DNA of 64,000 bases from Candidatus Binatia bacterium (GCA_963664015.2 CAXXLF010000002.1:1056001-1120000); one strand, 5' to 3'; positions 52,315-62,400 are shown, counted from the first letter of the stretch. A program made the numbers and translations. Notes: generated by a model from the sequence alone, not told the origin.

Positions 52315-53631
52315 ATGGATAACGAATCCCCCATGCAGCCGAAGGCGCACCCACCCTTACCCGTCCCATTCCATTACGGTTGGCTCGTTGTAGCCCTGAC
52401 CTTTATAACCAGCCTCACTAGCGCCGGAACACGTTCCGCCCTAACGGTTATGATTCATCCTCTAGAAATTGAATTCGGATGGACCCGGGTCGCCATCTCT
52501 TCGGCGGCCAGCCTGAACCTGTTCATTCTCGGCCTGACTTCCCCGCTGGGAGGATGGCTCATGGATCGTTTCGGGCCTCGGCGCATGATGATCATCAGCC
52601 TCACCCTACTGGTGATGGGAGTTACTGCGACTACCCAGATGCAACATCTGTGGCAGCTCATCCTTTTTTGGGGAGTCCTTACCGCAGTGGGTTCTGGGCT
52701 ACTTGGAGGAATCCTAGGAGCAACCGTAGCCAATCGCTGGTTTGTCTCTCGGCGCGGGCTGGCCATTGGAATCCTCCAATGCGCCAATTCTACAGGACAG
52801 CTGATTTTTCTACCTCTGTTGATGACTGTTATCGTTATCGCCGGCTGGCGAAGCAGTGTTTTAGTAGTGGTCGGTTGTGCCGTGGTCCTGATACCGATCA
52901 TTGCCATTTTAATGCGAGACGATCCCGCCCAGGTGGGTCTCAAGCCCTACGGAATGGCCGAGTCCGAATCAGCCTCAACCTGGGGACGGGACCGAAACCC
53001 AAGCGCCGCCGAACTAGCTCGTACGACCTCCATCACCGAGGCGATCAAGACACCTACTTTCTGGCTCCTCTGTGGCTGCTTTTTCGTTTGCGGGGCAACC
53101 TCAGGGGGACTGATCGGCACCCACCTCATCCCCCATGCCATCGATCAGGGGTTCCCAGAGGTCAAAGCCGCCGCCACGATTGGTGTCATGGGAGGGATGA
53201 ACTTTGTCGGGACCATGCTGTCCGGTATCATGACCGACCGGGTTCAGCCCAAAAAACTCCTGGCTATTTTCTACTCACTGCGAGGGGTGTCATTATTCGT
53301 TCTCCCCTACGTCACCAGCTTCACGGGCCTTTTTATTTTTGCAGTTATCTACGGACTAGACTGGTTCGCAACGGTTCCGCCAACCATTGCGATCACTGCC
53401 GACAAATTTGGCCGACGCTCCATCGGCCGCGTTTACGGATGGATCTTTCTCTCACACCAGGTAGGGTCCGCCTGCGCCGCCATTGGTGGAGGCCTTCTCT
53501 ATAACTGGTATGGAAACTATACCCTGGCCTTTATCATCGGGGGAATTTTGGGATTGATGGCTGGAGCAACCGCGCTGATGATACCCGAACGTCCTCCCGC
53601 ACCGCCACTGGCGGAAGCGGTTCCTGCTTAA
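52315..53631 (+). CDS. MFS transporter (OFA/YbfB-like)
   Basis: HYGWLVV, DRFGPRR, WFVSRRGLAIG, YGLDWFATVPPT, SHQVG. Confidence 0.9.
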   Translation: MDNESPMQPKAHPPLPVPFHYGWLVVALTFITSLTSAGTRSALTVMIHPLEIEFGWTRVAISSAASLNLFILGLTSPLGGWLMDRFGPRRMMIISLTLLVMGVTATTQMQHLWQLILFWGVLTAVGSGLLGGILGATVANRWFVSRRGLAIGILQCANSTGQLIFLPLLMTVIVIAGWRSSVLVVVGCAVVLIPIIAILMRDDPAQVGLKPYGMAESESASTWGRDRNPSAAELARTTSITEAIKTPTFWLLCGCFFVCGATSGGLIGTHLIPHAIDQGFPEVKAAATIGVMGGMNFVGTMLSGIMTDRVQPKKLLAIFYSLRGVSLFVLPYVTSFTGLFIFAVIYGLDWFATVPPTIAITADKFGRRSIGRVYGWIFLSHQVGSACAAIGGGLLYNWYGNYTLAFIIGGILGLMAGATALMIPERPPAPPLAEAVPA

Positions 53632-53675
53632 TTGCCTAACTGCCTAATCTTAAGCCCTTAGACAAATCTCATTTT

Positions 53676-54833
53676 CTACGACCGTCCCCAGAGCAACTTG
53701 CTGGCCAGACGAGCCCCTTCGACCATGGCTTCGAACTTGGCCCAGGCAATTTTGGGATGGCCCACCCGCGGTCCAAGGCCGCAATCCGATCCCGCAATGA
53801 CGTTTTCGCGGCCCACCAGCTTGGCGTACCGTACGAGCCGTTCCGCCACCAGCTCCGGGTGTTCGACAAAGTCACTACAGTGACTGACAACTCCCGGGAC
53901 CAGAATCTTACCGTCGGGAAGTTTGACGTCGGCCCACACGCGCCACTCATGGGCATGGCGGGGGTTCGAGGCCTCAATCGAGTAGGCATGGGCGCGCACC
54001 TTTAAAATGATATCCACGATGTCGCTGAGCGGGATATCGTACTTGTGGGGACCGTGATAGCTCCCCCAGCAGACATGCAATCGCACCTGTTCTTCGGTGA
54101 TGTCCCTGAGGGCATGGTTGAGGGCATCGACGCGTAGTTCGGCAAATTTACGATACTCGGGCACAGACATATGGGAGTTGATCTGCCACCCGTCGGGTAG
54201 ATCGGGGTCGTCGATCTGGAGGATAAACCCGGCATCGGCGATGGCCTTGTACTCCTCGTGCATGGTATCGGCCAATGCTTCCAGGTATGCCTCGTCGTTC
54301 GGGTAGTAATCGTTCTTTAACCAATGTTCGATAGTCCCGGGGGCAACCGCGGGCAAGAATGCCTCCTCGACCTGAACCCCCTGAAGGGCGGCCTTGAAGT
54401 TTGCGATATCCGTCTGTACGGCGGACTGGCCGATATACTGGAGCGGCTGATTGCAGTAGGCCCGCCATGGGCGTGAGCCGGTTACGGCGCGCCCTCCCAG
54501 GTTAAAGTATTCGGGGAATTCGGCCAGGTCCCGGCCAAAGATCATGCCGCGATAATCGCCCGGCGTTACTGGCCGTTCCTCGAAGCCACCGATCCGCTCG
54601 CGAACGTAGCTGGAGAAATTTGGTTTGCCAAACTCACCGTCGTTAATGACGGCGAGACCTGTGTCGGCCTGCTGCTTGACCACGTCCACAACGGCGCTTT
54701 GCACCCGACTCGCCAGGACCTCCGGGTTATAGGCTTCCCGGTTGTTCTTAGCGAGAAGCATCTTCTGCAAGTCTTCCGGCCGGGCGATGGCCCCTGCGTG
54801 TGTGGTCAGGATCCGTTCCGTACTGTGTTTCAT
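53676..54833 (-). CDS. Cobalamin-independent methionine synthase II-like (single-barrel MetE/EaCoMT-like) protein
   Basis: ILTTHAG, DGEFGK, LQIDDP, Zn ligands HVCWG / E / DCG. Confidence 0.88.
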   Translation of the reverse strand: MKHSTERILTTHAGAIARPEDLQKMLLAKNNREAYNPEVLASRVQSAVVDVVKQQADTGLAVINDGEFGKPNFSSYVRERIGGFEERPVTPGDYRGMIFGRDLAEFPEYFNLGGRAVTGSRPWRAYCNQPLQYIGQSAVQTDIANFKAALQGVQVEEAFLPAVAPGTIEHWLKNDYYPNDEAYLEALADTMHEEYKAIADAGFILQIDDPDLPDGWQINSHMSVPEYRKFAELRVDALNHALRDITEEQVRLHVCWGSYHGPHKYDIPLSDIVDIILKVRAHAYSIEASNPRHAHEWRVWADVKLPDGKILVPGVVSHCSDFVEHPELVAERLVRYAKLVGRENVIAGSDCGLGPRVGHPKIAWAKFEAMVEGARLASKLLWGRS

Positions 54834-54868
54834 GTCGATCAATATCCTCTCAATGATTCAGTCTTGAT

Positions 54869-55570
54869 TTACCTGCGGGAAGAACGCTGCTTTCTCTGTT
54901 CTTCCTTGATCAACTTGAGAATCGGTTTCATGTTCATCCATTTGTGATTATCAACCCAGACAAATTTACGGCCTTCCACGCGCTGCTTGTATTTTGGAAC
55001 GTTGTCCTTCGAGATATCGATCCTCATGGAATCCCGGCCGCTAGAGTATTTGAGATGATACTGTTGGTAAAGGTATTGTCCCTCCCGTGACAAAAACTAG
55101 TTCAAGGCCAGGCGGGCCGCATTGGGATGGGGCCGTTTCTTGAACAGGACAACACTCCCACTGCCTGAACTCAGAGGAAACCCCTCGGCAAGGCTCCCTA
55201 CTCCGAACCAGTCAACGGGGAGACCTGCCCTTTTGGCATCCGGCATATTCATCCTGCCCACCGGGCTCAAAAGAGAGATGGCATACCTTCCCTTGGCCAC
55301 CCAGTCGGTCATCTGAGCAGCGTTCCGGCTAATGGTAAGGTCCGACTCGCTGAAGAGCCGCCTCAGGAACTTGGGGCCCAATTCGGGGATATAATAGAAA
55401 AAGACCAGGGTCGCGCCGGAGGATCGAACCGCCGTGTCCTGAGCTACGATCTTCCCCTTCCATTTTGGATTCAGAAGGTCCCAATTAGGATTTAAACTAC
55501 GACGGGTCCACCATCTTTGTATTACAGGTCGTGGTAGGGAAAAGATCGCCTTTAAAGGCCAGGATGTGCT
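54869..55570 (-). pseudogene. ABC extracellular solute-binding protein, 3' remnant
   Basis: WDLLNPKWKGKI, PHPNAARLALN*FLSREGQ; in-frame TAG at 55097-55099 plus indels; 5' half missing. Confidence 0.75.
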
Positions 55571-55655
55571 TAACCGAAACCTCTCTCTGTATCCGACACA
55601 CCTCGCGGGGATATTTTTCTTTCCTCTCCTCGAGAAAAGACCGTAGATCCTTCAT
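55566..55655 (-). pseudogene. UbiD-family 5' remnant fused to the solute-binding-protein remnant
   Basis: GGAGGTG RBS, MKDLRSFLEERKEKYPREVCRIQREVS (compare MKDLHSFL...HIEKEV at 38224). Confidence 0.65.
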
Positions 55656-55704
55656 CCCTCACCTCCCGAATTTTTAGAGAGCCGTTCCATTTTTCAAAAG
55701 ACGT

Positions 55705-56721
55705 TTAATCAAATGCAGGCATCACCCGCTCTGCGAACAGGCGAATATTTTTGAGGGCCAGTTCCTGGGGCAGACCTCCGAAATGAAACGTCCCTGACAG
55801 CGTGGTAAGCCCCGTCTGCTCACGCCAGCGATGAATGGCGTCGATACAGCGCTGGGGATCGCCCGCGATGATAAATCCCTGCTCCATCTGGGATACCAGG
55901 TCGCGCTTGTTACCCATCATGCGACTGGGATCCGCCGCCCTGTGAGCATCGTGGTAGTTTTTTAAATAGGGGGCCGTCTCGGTGACGGCCTGATCCAGAC
56001 TATCGGTTACGTAGATGTGGAACTTGCCGAGGATCTCGCGCCGTTTCATCTCGTGGCCGGCCTCCACAAGGGCGTTGCGGTAGACCCCAACGTTATGGGC
56101 CAAGAAGTCAGGGGTCGGATACATGTAGGGAAGCGTCATCAGATTATAGCCATTTTTACCGGCCCATTGGAAAGTGTCCTCGCTCTTGGCAGCGCCGACC
56201 CAGATGGGAGGATGGGGTCGCTGAACCGGTTTGGGAAGCACGTTGATATCATGGTAGTCGAACAACTCGCTGGAGAAGTCCACGGGATCATCGGACCAGG
56301 CCTTACAAAGAATTTCGGTCGCTTCCTTCATGCGCACGGCAGCCGATTCCTGGGGAACAAGCCATTTTTTATACTCGACGGCCTCGCTGCCTTTACCCAC
56401 TCCAAAATCCAGCCGACCATTGGATAGGACGTCGACCATGGCATAAGACTCTGCGATCTCCAACGGGTTGTGCAATGGGAGCACACTGATAGCGACGCCG
56501 AGACGAATCCGCTGGGTGGACCGGGCGACAGCAGCCAGAAAGGTCGGCGGGTGAGGGATGGTTCCTCCGTAACCGCTGAAATGATGTTCCGTAACCCAGA
56601 TATCGTGAAACCCGAGTCGTTCCATCTCCTCCATTTGCTTGAACATCAACCCGTAAAAGTGATTGACCGATCCGTCCAGCTGGGAAACGTAAGTTGGAAG
56701 ATAGTGAGCCCCGAAACGCAT
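55705..56721 (-). CDS. LLM class flavin-dependent oxidoreductase (luciferase-like)
   Basis: WVTEHHF, IRLG, LHNPLEIAE, SNGRLDFGVG, PKPVQRPHPP, LFAERVMP. Confidence 0.92.
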   Translation of the reverse strand: MRFGAHYLPTYVSQLDGSVNHFYGLMFKQMEEMERLGFHDIWVTEHHFSGYGGTIPHPPTFLAAVARSTQRIRLGVAISVLPLHNPLEIAESYAMVDVLSNGRLDFGVGKGSEAVEYKKWLVPQESAAVRMKEATEILCKAWSDDPVDFSSELFDYHDINVLPKPVQRPHPPIWVGAAKSEDTFQWAGKNGYNLMTLPYMYPTPDFLAHNVGVYRNALVEAGHEMKRREILGKFHIYVTDSLDQAVTETAPYLKNYHDAHRAADPSRMMGNKRDLVSQMEQGFIIAGDPQRCIDAIHRWREQTGLTTLSGTFHFGGLPQELALKNIRLFAERVMPAFD

Positions 56722-56784
56722 GGATTTTCACCTCCATCGATACTCTGCCCAAGCCTCAGCGTGGGGGTTAAAGACACGCGCGTA

Positions 56785-56814
56785 TTTATATTCCCCGCGA
56801 CGATGTCTTGTCAA
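56785..56814 (-). promoter_or_regulatory. Sigma70-like promoter
   Basis: TTGACA-18 bp-TATAAA on the minus strand upstream of the LLM gene. Confidence 0.5.
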
Positions 56815-57001
56815 CGCTGAGCGCTGGTACGATTCGACGGTCGCAAACAGTTACCGGGAGGTTGTCGAGATTCCCAAAGGGAGAAGGGCGGCAAGAGTCA
56901 GAGTGATCAATACGAGGCCGCGCGCCAGGATTTCTGAACCATGGGATATCAAACCGCTAGGCTGATTGACCTGCATGAGTTGGCCAGGTTGTTACGAATA
57001 T

Positions 57002-58086
57002 TCAGCCTGCGCTTGAGTTCTTTTTCGAAGGTCTCGTGGATCTCCCGATCCTCATCCTGGTACTCGATCTACCACCCACCCTGCTTAACGCTCTTTTGCG
57101 CGCACTCTCCCCTAACCCACTGAGATGTGCGCATCCCCATATTGCCCGAGTATATGGCAAAGTACCGGGCTCGAGTCGCCCCGCTGTTGAAGTGCTGGTG
57201 AGAATAGTTGTCGCTGGGGACAATGACCAGGGCCCCCTTCTTCCAGTCCTCCTTGACCATGTCCGAGCGATCGTCTTTGGTCCAGCATAACGAATAGCCT
57301 TTGGTGCCGTTCAGCAGCGCCAGGTTGGCGCCCGGGCCGTGACGGTGGACCTTTTTGTAGGTCCCCACGGGGAATTCCGAGATGTGACTCTTCATGTTGT
57401 TGTTTGCTATCTACAGCATTGCGTTGATACCGCAGGCGCCTCGCTCTTTCCAGCCGTACAGGGGCATGTCCGGCGCATTGGGAATAAAGTTGGACTACAC
57501 ACCCGGTGAGCGAAAAGCTTTCCGTTACCGTTGAAGTATTCCTGCGGTCCGTCATAACGGCCACGGAATACGTGGGAATCGGCGAAAATAAAATCCGGGT
57601 CGTTGAATAATCGCATCATGGGAGGTGCGGTGGTTACGGCCAGGTAACGCAACGGTTGGTCACCGCTACCGTTAAAGTGCTGGGATCAGGTATTGAGCGG
57701 GAGGGAAAAGAGGCTTCCCTCTTGCCATTCGAGGTCTGCTTTTGTTTCTTGTCAACCCAAATGGTGGTCGCCCCGCGCCCGGAGACCACATAGACTGTTT
57801 CCTCGTATAGATGGTGCTCGGGCTCCGACTTGCCTCCGGGCTTGATCTCTACGACCTGAAAATTATTGTTCAGATGATCGTTGGGGATATTGATGATAGC
57901 ACCGTTGCCGCCCTTACGGTCCCACGGCGTCAACTCGATCGCGTTTAAATCCTCGAAGGCAAAGTCATCGATGACGCGGACGCCTTCTCACTTCTGCCAT
58001 TGCTTGTAAGCGTCCTCAATTTCAAAGTCGTCGAGCCCACCCGTGGGGGTTTCGGCGACCTTCATATCGGTTCCCAGCATGACCAT
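57002..58086 (-). pseudogene. Bicupin, decayed tandem paralog of 58265-59437
   Basis: GTDMKVA, EIKPGGKSEPEHH, APPMMRLF, HISEFPVGTYKK; in-frame TGA at 57988, TAG at 57411, several frameshifts. Confidence 0.88.
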
Positions 58087-58264
58087 GGCTTACTCCGATC
58101 TCCCAGAGTCAGGCTTCAACGAACTCTGTTCAAGAGTTTTTCTCGAAAAAACACCAAACCCACAAAAAAAAGTCTTCTCTTTTCTCTCCGAACTTGGCGT
58201 CCTTAAGGTCTTTGCGCGAGTCCTCTATTCCGGATTCAGAAATCCAGAATTCAACATGGTTTGC

Positions 58265-59437
58265 TTATGCGTCGCGCTCGCTCGTCGGGCCGACCTCACC
58301 GGTGCACCAGGGGACAAATGCCTTCATCCTGCATGGCGCCCCATGGGCCTTCAAGTCCTTTTCGAAGATCTCGTGAATCTCCCTTTCCTCGTCCTCGTAC
58401 TCAACCTGCCAGCCGCCCTCCTTCATGCTCTTGTCGGCGCTCCAGCCACCACCGCCCTGGGGCGAGTTGAGACCCATATCGCCCGACCGCATGGCTAGGT
58501 AGCGGGCCCGGTTGGTCCCCGTATTGAAGTGCTGGTGGAAGCAGTCGTCGCTGGGGACGACGACCATGGAGCCCAGCTGCCAGTCGCATTTGATCATGTC
58601 CGAACGGTCTTCCTTGGTCCAGACCAGGGAGTAGCCGCCGCTGCCACTCAACAGCACCAGGTGCGCACCCGGGCCATGGCGGTGGGCCTTCTTGTAAGTG
58701 CCCACGGGAAATTCGGAGATATGGTTCTTCATGTTGTTTTCCGCCATCTCCAGCATGGCGTTGATCCCGCCAGCACCCCGCTCCTTCCAGCCGTACAGGA
58801 GCATATCCGGCGCGTTGGCAATAAAGTTGGACTCCCACACCCGCCGTTTGAAGAGCTTGCCGTTGCCGCTGAAGTAGTCTTCCTGGTCGGCATAACGGGA
58901 ATTGAATTTGGATGGGCAGCTGAACATGAAGTTGTTGTCCCGGAACAAGCGCATCATGGGCGGCGCGTTGGTCACCGCAACGTAGCGGACCGGCTCGTCA
59001 CCGCTTCCGTTGAAGTTCTGGTACCAGGCATTGAGCGGGATACAGAAGAGGCTTCCCGCATGCCATTCGAAAGTCTGTTTGTGTTTATCGTCCTGCCAGA
59101 TAGTCGTAGCGCCCCGGCCTGAAACCACATAGATCGTGGCCTCGTACATATGGTGCTCGGGCTCCGACTTACCGCCGGGTTTGATCTCGATGACGTGGCA
59201 GTCGTTGGGCATGTGGCGGTTGTCGATATGGACAACTGCACCGCTACCCCCCTTGCGCTCCCACGGTCCAAGCTCCACCTTTGCCAGGCTGGGGAAGTAA
59301 AATTCCTTAATAACCTTTACGCCTTCCTTCTGCAGCCAATCCTCGTAGGCATCATCCCTTGTGTAGTCCTTCAGGTCCCCCGTGGGAGCCTGGGCGACTT
59401 TCATATCCGTACCTTGCATAACGCCTTCCATCGACAC
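58265..59437 (-). CDS. Bicupin, gentisate 1,2-dioxygenase-like family
   Basis: PWERKGG, EHHMYEA, LNAWYQ, WESNFI, KAHRHGPGAH, FHQHFN; GAGGAGG RBS. Confidence 0.87.
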   Translation of the reverse strand: MSMEGVMQGTDMKVAQAPTGDLKDYTRDDAYEDWLQKEGVKVIKEFYFPSLAKVELGPWERKGGSGAVVHIDNRHMPNDCHVIEIKPGGKSEPEHHMYEATIYVVSGRGATTIWQDDKHKQTFEWHAGSLFCIPLNAWYQNFNGSGDEPVRYVAVTNAPPMMRLFRDNNFMFSCPSKFNSRYADQEDYFSGNGKLFKRRVWESNFIANAPDMLLYGWKERGAGGINAMLEMAENNMKNHISEFPVGTYKKAHRHGPGAHLVLLSGSGGYSLVWTKEDRSDMIKCDWQLGSMVVVPSDDCFHQHFNTGTNRARYLAMRSGDMGLNSPQGGGGWSADKSMKEGGWQVEYEDEEREIHEIFEKDLKAHGAPCRMKAFVPWCTGEVGPTSERDA

Positions 59438-59473
59438 GGGTTAAATCCTCCTCATGAGTGAGAGTTATATCAA

Positions 59474-59491
59474 TATTCGAATATTCGAATA
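59474..59491. promoter_or_regulatory. Perfect 18-bp palindrome, candidate operator
   Basis: TATTCGAATATTCGAATA between the promoter and RBS of the cupin gene. Confidence 0.6.
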
Positions 59492-59506
59492 GCTGTTTTT
59501 CGCTGG

Positions 59507-59535
59507 ACAATAGGCAATAACGTGGGGTTTGTCAA
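59507..59535 (-). promoter_or_regulatory. Sigma70-like promoter
   Basis: TTGACA-17 bp-TATTGT on the minus strand. Confidence 0.65.
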
Positions 59536-59600
59536 CCGAAGCCCGGTCCCTAAATCAGCCCCGATTCTGCCCCCAATTAAAGGCGTTCTGACTCCCTGGA

Positions 59601-59644
59601 TAGATCGGCGCTAAATCAGCAATAGATCAGCGAAAGATCGGCTT
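59601..59644 (+). repeat. Four 11-bp direct repeats
   Basis: tagatcggcgc/taaatcagcaa/tagatcagcga/aagatcggctt. Confidence 0.6.
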
Positions 59645-59666
59645 TTGCAAAGCGCCGAGGCGGTCT

Positions 59667-60431
59667 TCAGCCTCGCCGGTTTGCTATTCGGGTCTCGTAG
59701 TGGCGCCACACCCCGCTGGGTTTTCGCGCGGTAGGAGCTGCCTCCGGCCTGAGATGGGTCTGCTCGCTCAACGTCCTCATATTAGCTCCAAAATCGGCGA
59801 TCTGCTCCTTGGTAATGCTGGGATGATCGGCACCCATGGCCGTGTAGGCATAGTAGTTCATCCGTGCCTGTTCTTCGAGGTGGAGCATGTTAACAACGGC
59901 CTCTTCCAGGTCTGCACCGACGGTGGCCGCGCCATGCCCCTGGAGCAGGATCGCCTTAGAGTCGCCCATCAGCCTGGCGACTTCCACGCCGTCCTCCTCC
60001 CGGATAATAAGCCTCGGATTGGGAAAAACCGGTAACGGTTTTTGAAACATGGCCATCCCCTCGATGCACATGGGCCGGATATTGGCCTGCAAAACGCTCA
60101 TTAGCACCGCGAACCGAGGATGTACGTGCACCACAGATTGGACTTCAGGGTATTCGCGCAGGATACAGGAGTGCATCTTCACCTCATTGGGCAGATTCAA
60201 TTCCTTTCGCCCATCGGTCTTGAAACCGTCCAGGTCACATACAACCAGATCGTCTTCCCCCACAAGCGAGAGCGCCGGTCCGAGACCTTTGATTACGAAT
60301 CGATCGGGCCGGCCGGGTAGCCGCATGCTTGCGTGGCCCCGTTCGATGGTCGGACCGTCAGCAAGCCCCATCTCGGACAGCATACGATTGGCAAGGACAA
60401 CCTCCCGCTTGACGTCATGGATCTCGGACAT
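59667..60431 (-). CDS. Class II aldolase/adducin family protein
   Basis: GHASMR, EVKMH, VVHVHP, LLQGHGA, LEEQA. Confidence 0.88.
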   Translation of the reverse strand: MSEIHDVKREVVLANRMLSEMGLADGPTIERGHASMRLPGRPDRFVIKGLGPALSLVGEDDLVVCDLDGFKTDGRKELNLPNEVKMHSCILREYPEVQSVVHVHPRFAVLMSVLQANIRPMCIEGMAMFQKPLPVFPNPRLIIREEDGVEVARLMGDSKAILLQGHGAATVGADLEEAVVNMLHLEEQARMNYYAYTAMGADHPSITKEQIADFGANMRTLSEQTHLRPEAAPTARKPSGVWRHYETRIANRRG

Positions 60432-60464
60432 GCTCTCCTCCTATGAATAAAAACTCAATCAAGA

Positions 60465-60708
60465 ATTTCGCGCTAAGACGCTAAGCTCGCAAAGAAGACG
60501 ATTTATCTATTTTCTTAGAACTTGCCGTCCTTGGCTCAGCCTGAGGCTGATCCGTCCTCTGGCGGAGCCTTTGCGCTCGCCCCGTGGAATAGCCCTTCAG
60601 GCGAACAATTCGTCTTAAGTCGCGTTGGTAATCTATGGTGCTCACCCTGTGGGACGTCTCTCTCGCAGAGATGTTTTCTTCCATTCCAGCATTATTCCAC
60701 AGGGCGAG
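60465..60708. repeat. Cluster of REP/MITE-like palindromic elements
   Basis: Inverted repeats 60576-60591 / 60693-60708 (15 of 16 match); cagcctgaggctg and tccgtcctctggcgga hairpins; cgctaagacgctaag 9-mer repeats. Confidence 0.6.
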
Positions 60709-60777
60709 TAACCGTTAATCCGAATATCCAACGGTACCAGAAAGCTTTAGCAAATTGGTTTCGAAGGGTAGCCTAGG

Positions 60778-62400
60778 TCAGGAAAGGACCTGCCTGAAAA
60801 AGTCGTTTCCCTTGTCGTCGATAAGGATAAAGGCTGGAAAGTCCTCCACCTCGATCTTCCAGATCGCCTCCATCCCCAACTCGGGGTATTCGATCACTTC
60901 GACTTTCCGGATATTTTCCTGCGCGAGGAGCGCGGCGGGACCGCCGATAGAGCCGAGATAAAATCCACCGTACTTTTTGCACGCCTCGGCCACCTGCGGG
61001 CTCCGGTTGCCCTTGGCCAACGTGATCATGGAAGCACCATGGGATTGGAACAGATCGACGTAGGAGTCCATGCGCCCGGCCGTGGTGGGACCGAAGGAAC
61101 CGGAAGGCAAGCCTTTGGGTGTTTTGGCGGGCCCTGCATAGTAGATCGGATGGTCCGTCAGGTACTGGGGTAACCCCTCGCCCCGGTCCAGCCGTTCCTT
61201 TAATTTGGCGTGGGCGATATCGCGGGCAACGATCATGGATCCGTTAAGGGACAACTGGGTAGTCACGTTATGCTGGCTCAACTGTGCCAATATCTCCTTC
61301 ATGGGGCGATTCAGATCGACCTGGACCACCCGGCTGGCGATCTTGCCGCGATACTCTTCCGGGATCAGGCGTCCGGGCTCCCGTTCCAGGACCTCGAGCC
61401 AGACACCGTCACGGTTGATCTTGGCCCTGGCGTTGCGGTCCGCCGAACAGGAGACCCCGATCCCCACTGGGCAGGAGGCCCCGTGGCGCGGCAAACGAAT
61501 CACCCGAACGTCCAGGGCGAAATACTTTCCGCCGAACTGCGCCCCGAACCCGGCCCCATAAGCCAACTCGAGCATCTCGGCTTCCAGCTTGGGATCGCGG
61601 AAGGCGCGCCCCCCCTTGTTTCCAGACGTAGGTAAGTGGTCCAGGTAACGCGAGGTGCCCAACTTGACCGTCTTCAAACAGGCCTCCGCAGAAGTCCCAC
61701 CGATGACGAACACAAGATGGTAAGGCGGGCAACCGGCAGTGCCCAGGGTTTTCATCTTTTCCGAGAGAAACTTCTTCAGGCTATCGGGATTGAGCAGGGC
61801 CTTGGTCTCCTGGTAGAGAAACGTCTTGTTGGCCGAACCCCCTCCTTTGGTGATCATGAGAAGGTTGTATTCCATCCCTTCGGTCGCGTAAAGATCGATC
61901 TGGGCCGGCAAATTAGTCCCCGTGTTAACCTCCTCGTACATGTCGAGAGCCGCGGTTTGGGAATAGCGCAGGTTTTCCTCATTGTAGGCTCTAAAAATCC
62001 CTTTGGAGAGGTACTCCTCGTCGTGGACTCCGGTCCAGACCTGCTGTCCTTTTTTGCCGAAGACCGTTGCGGTACCGGTATCCTGACAAAAAGGAAGGAT
62101 GCCTTTTGATGCGATATCCGCATTTCGAAGCATGGCCAGGGCCACGTACCGGTCGTTTTCCGATGCCTCAGGGTCCTTGAGGATCGCGGCTACCTGTTTG
62201 AGATGGGCGGTCCGAAGTAAGAAAGAAACGTCCCTTATCCCTTCCTGTGCCACTAGAGCCAGGGCCTCCGGCTCAACCTTCAATATTTCCTTTCCCATGA
62301 AGGAAGTGACCGAGACATGTTCCTTGGTCAAGAGGCGATACTCGGTATCGTCTTTGCCAAGGGGAAAGGGATCTTCATACACAAATTCAGGAGTTGCCAT
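60778..62400 (-). CDS. fumA: Fumarate hydratase class I (Fe-S)
   Basis: [48 protein letters not shown]. Confidence 0.95.
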   Translation of the reverse strand: MATPEFVYEDPFPLGKDDTEYRLLTKEHVSVTSFMGKEILKVEPEALALVAQEGIRDVSFLLRTAHLKQVAAILKDPEASENDRYVALAMLRNADIASKGILPFCQDTGTATVFGKKGQQVWTGVHDEEYLSKGIFRAYNEENLRYSQTAALDMYEEVNTGTNLPAQIDLYATEGMEYNLLMITKGGGSANKTFLYQETKALLNPDSLKKFLSEKMKTLGTAGCPPYHLVFVIGGTSAEACLKTVKLGTSRYLDHLPTSGNKGGRAFRDPKLEAEMLELAYGAGFGAQFGGKYFALDVRVIRLPRHGASCPVGIGVSCSADRNARAKINRDGVWLEVLEREPGRLIPEEYRGKIASRVVQVDLNRPMKEILAQLSQHNVTTQLSLNGSMIVARDIAHAKLKERLDRGEGLPQYLTDHPIYYAGPAKTPKGLPSGSFGPTTAGRMDSYVDLFQSHGASMITLAKGNRSPQVAEACKKYGGFYLGSIGGPAALLAQENIRKVEVIEYPELGMEAIWKIEVEDFPAFILIDDKGNDFFRQVLS

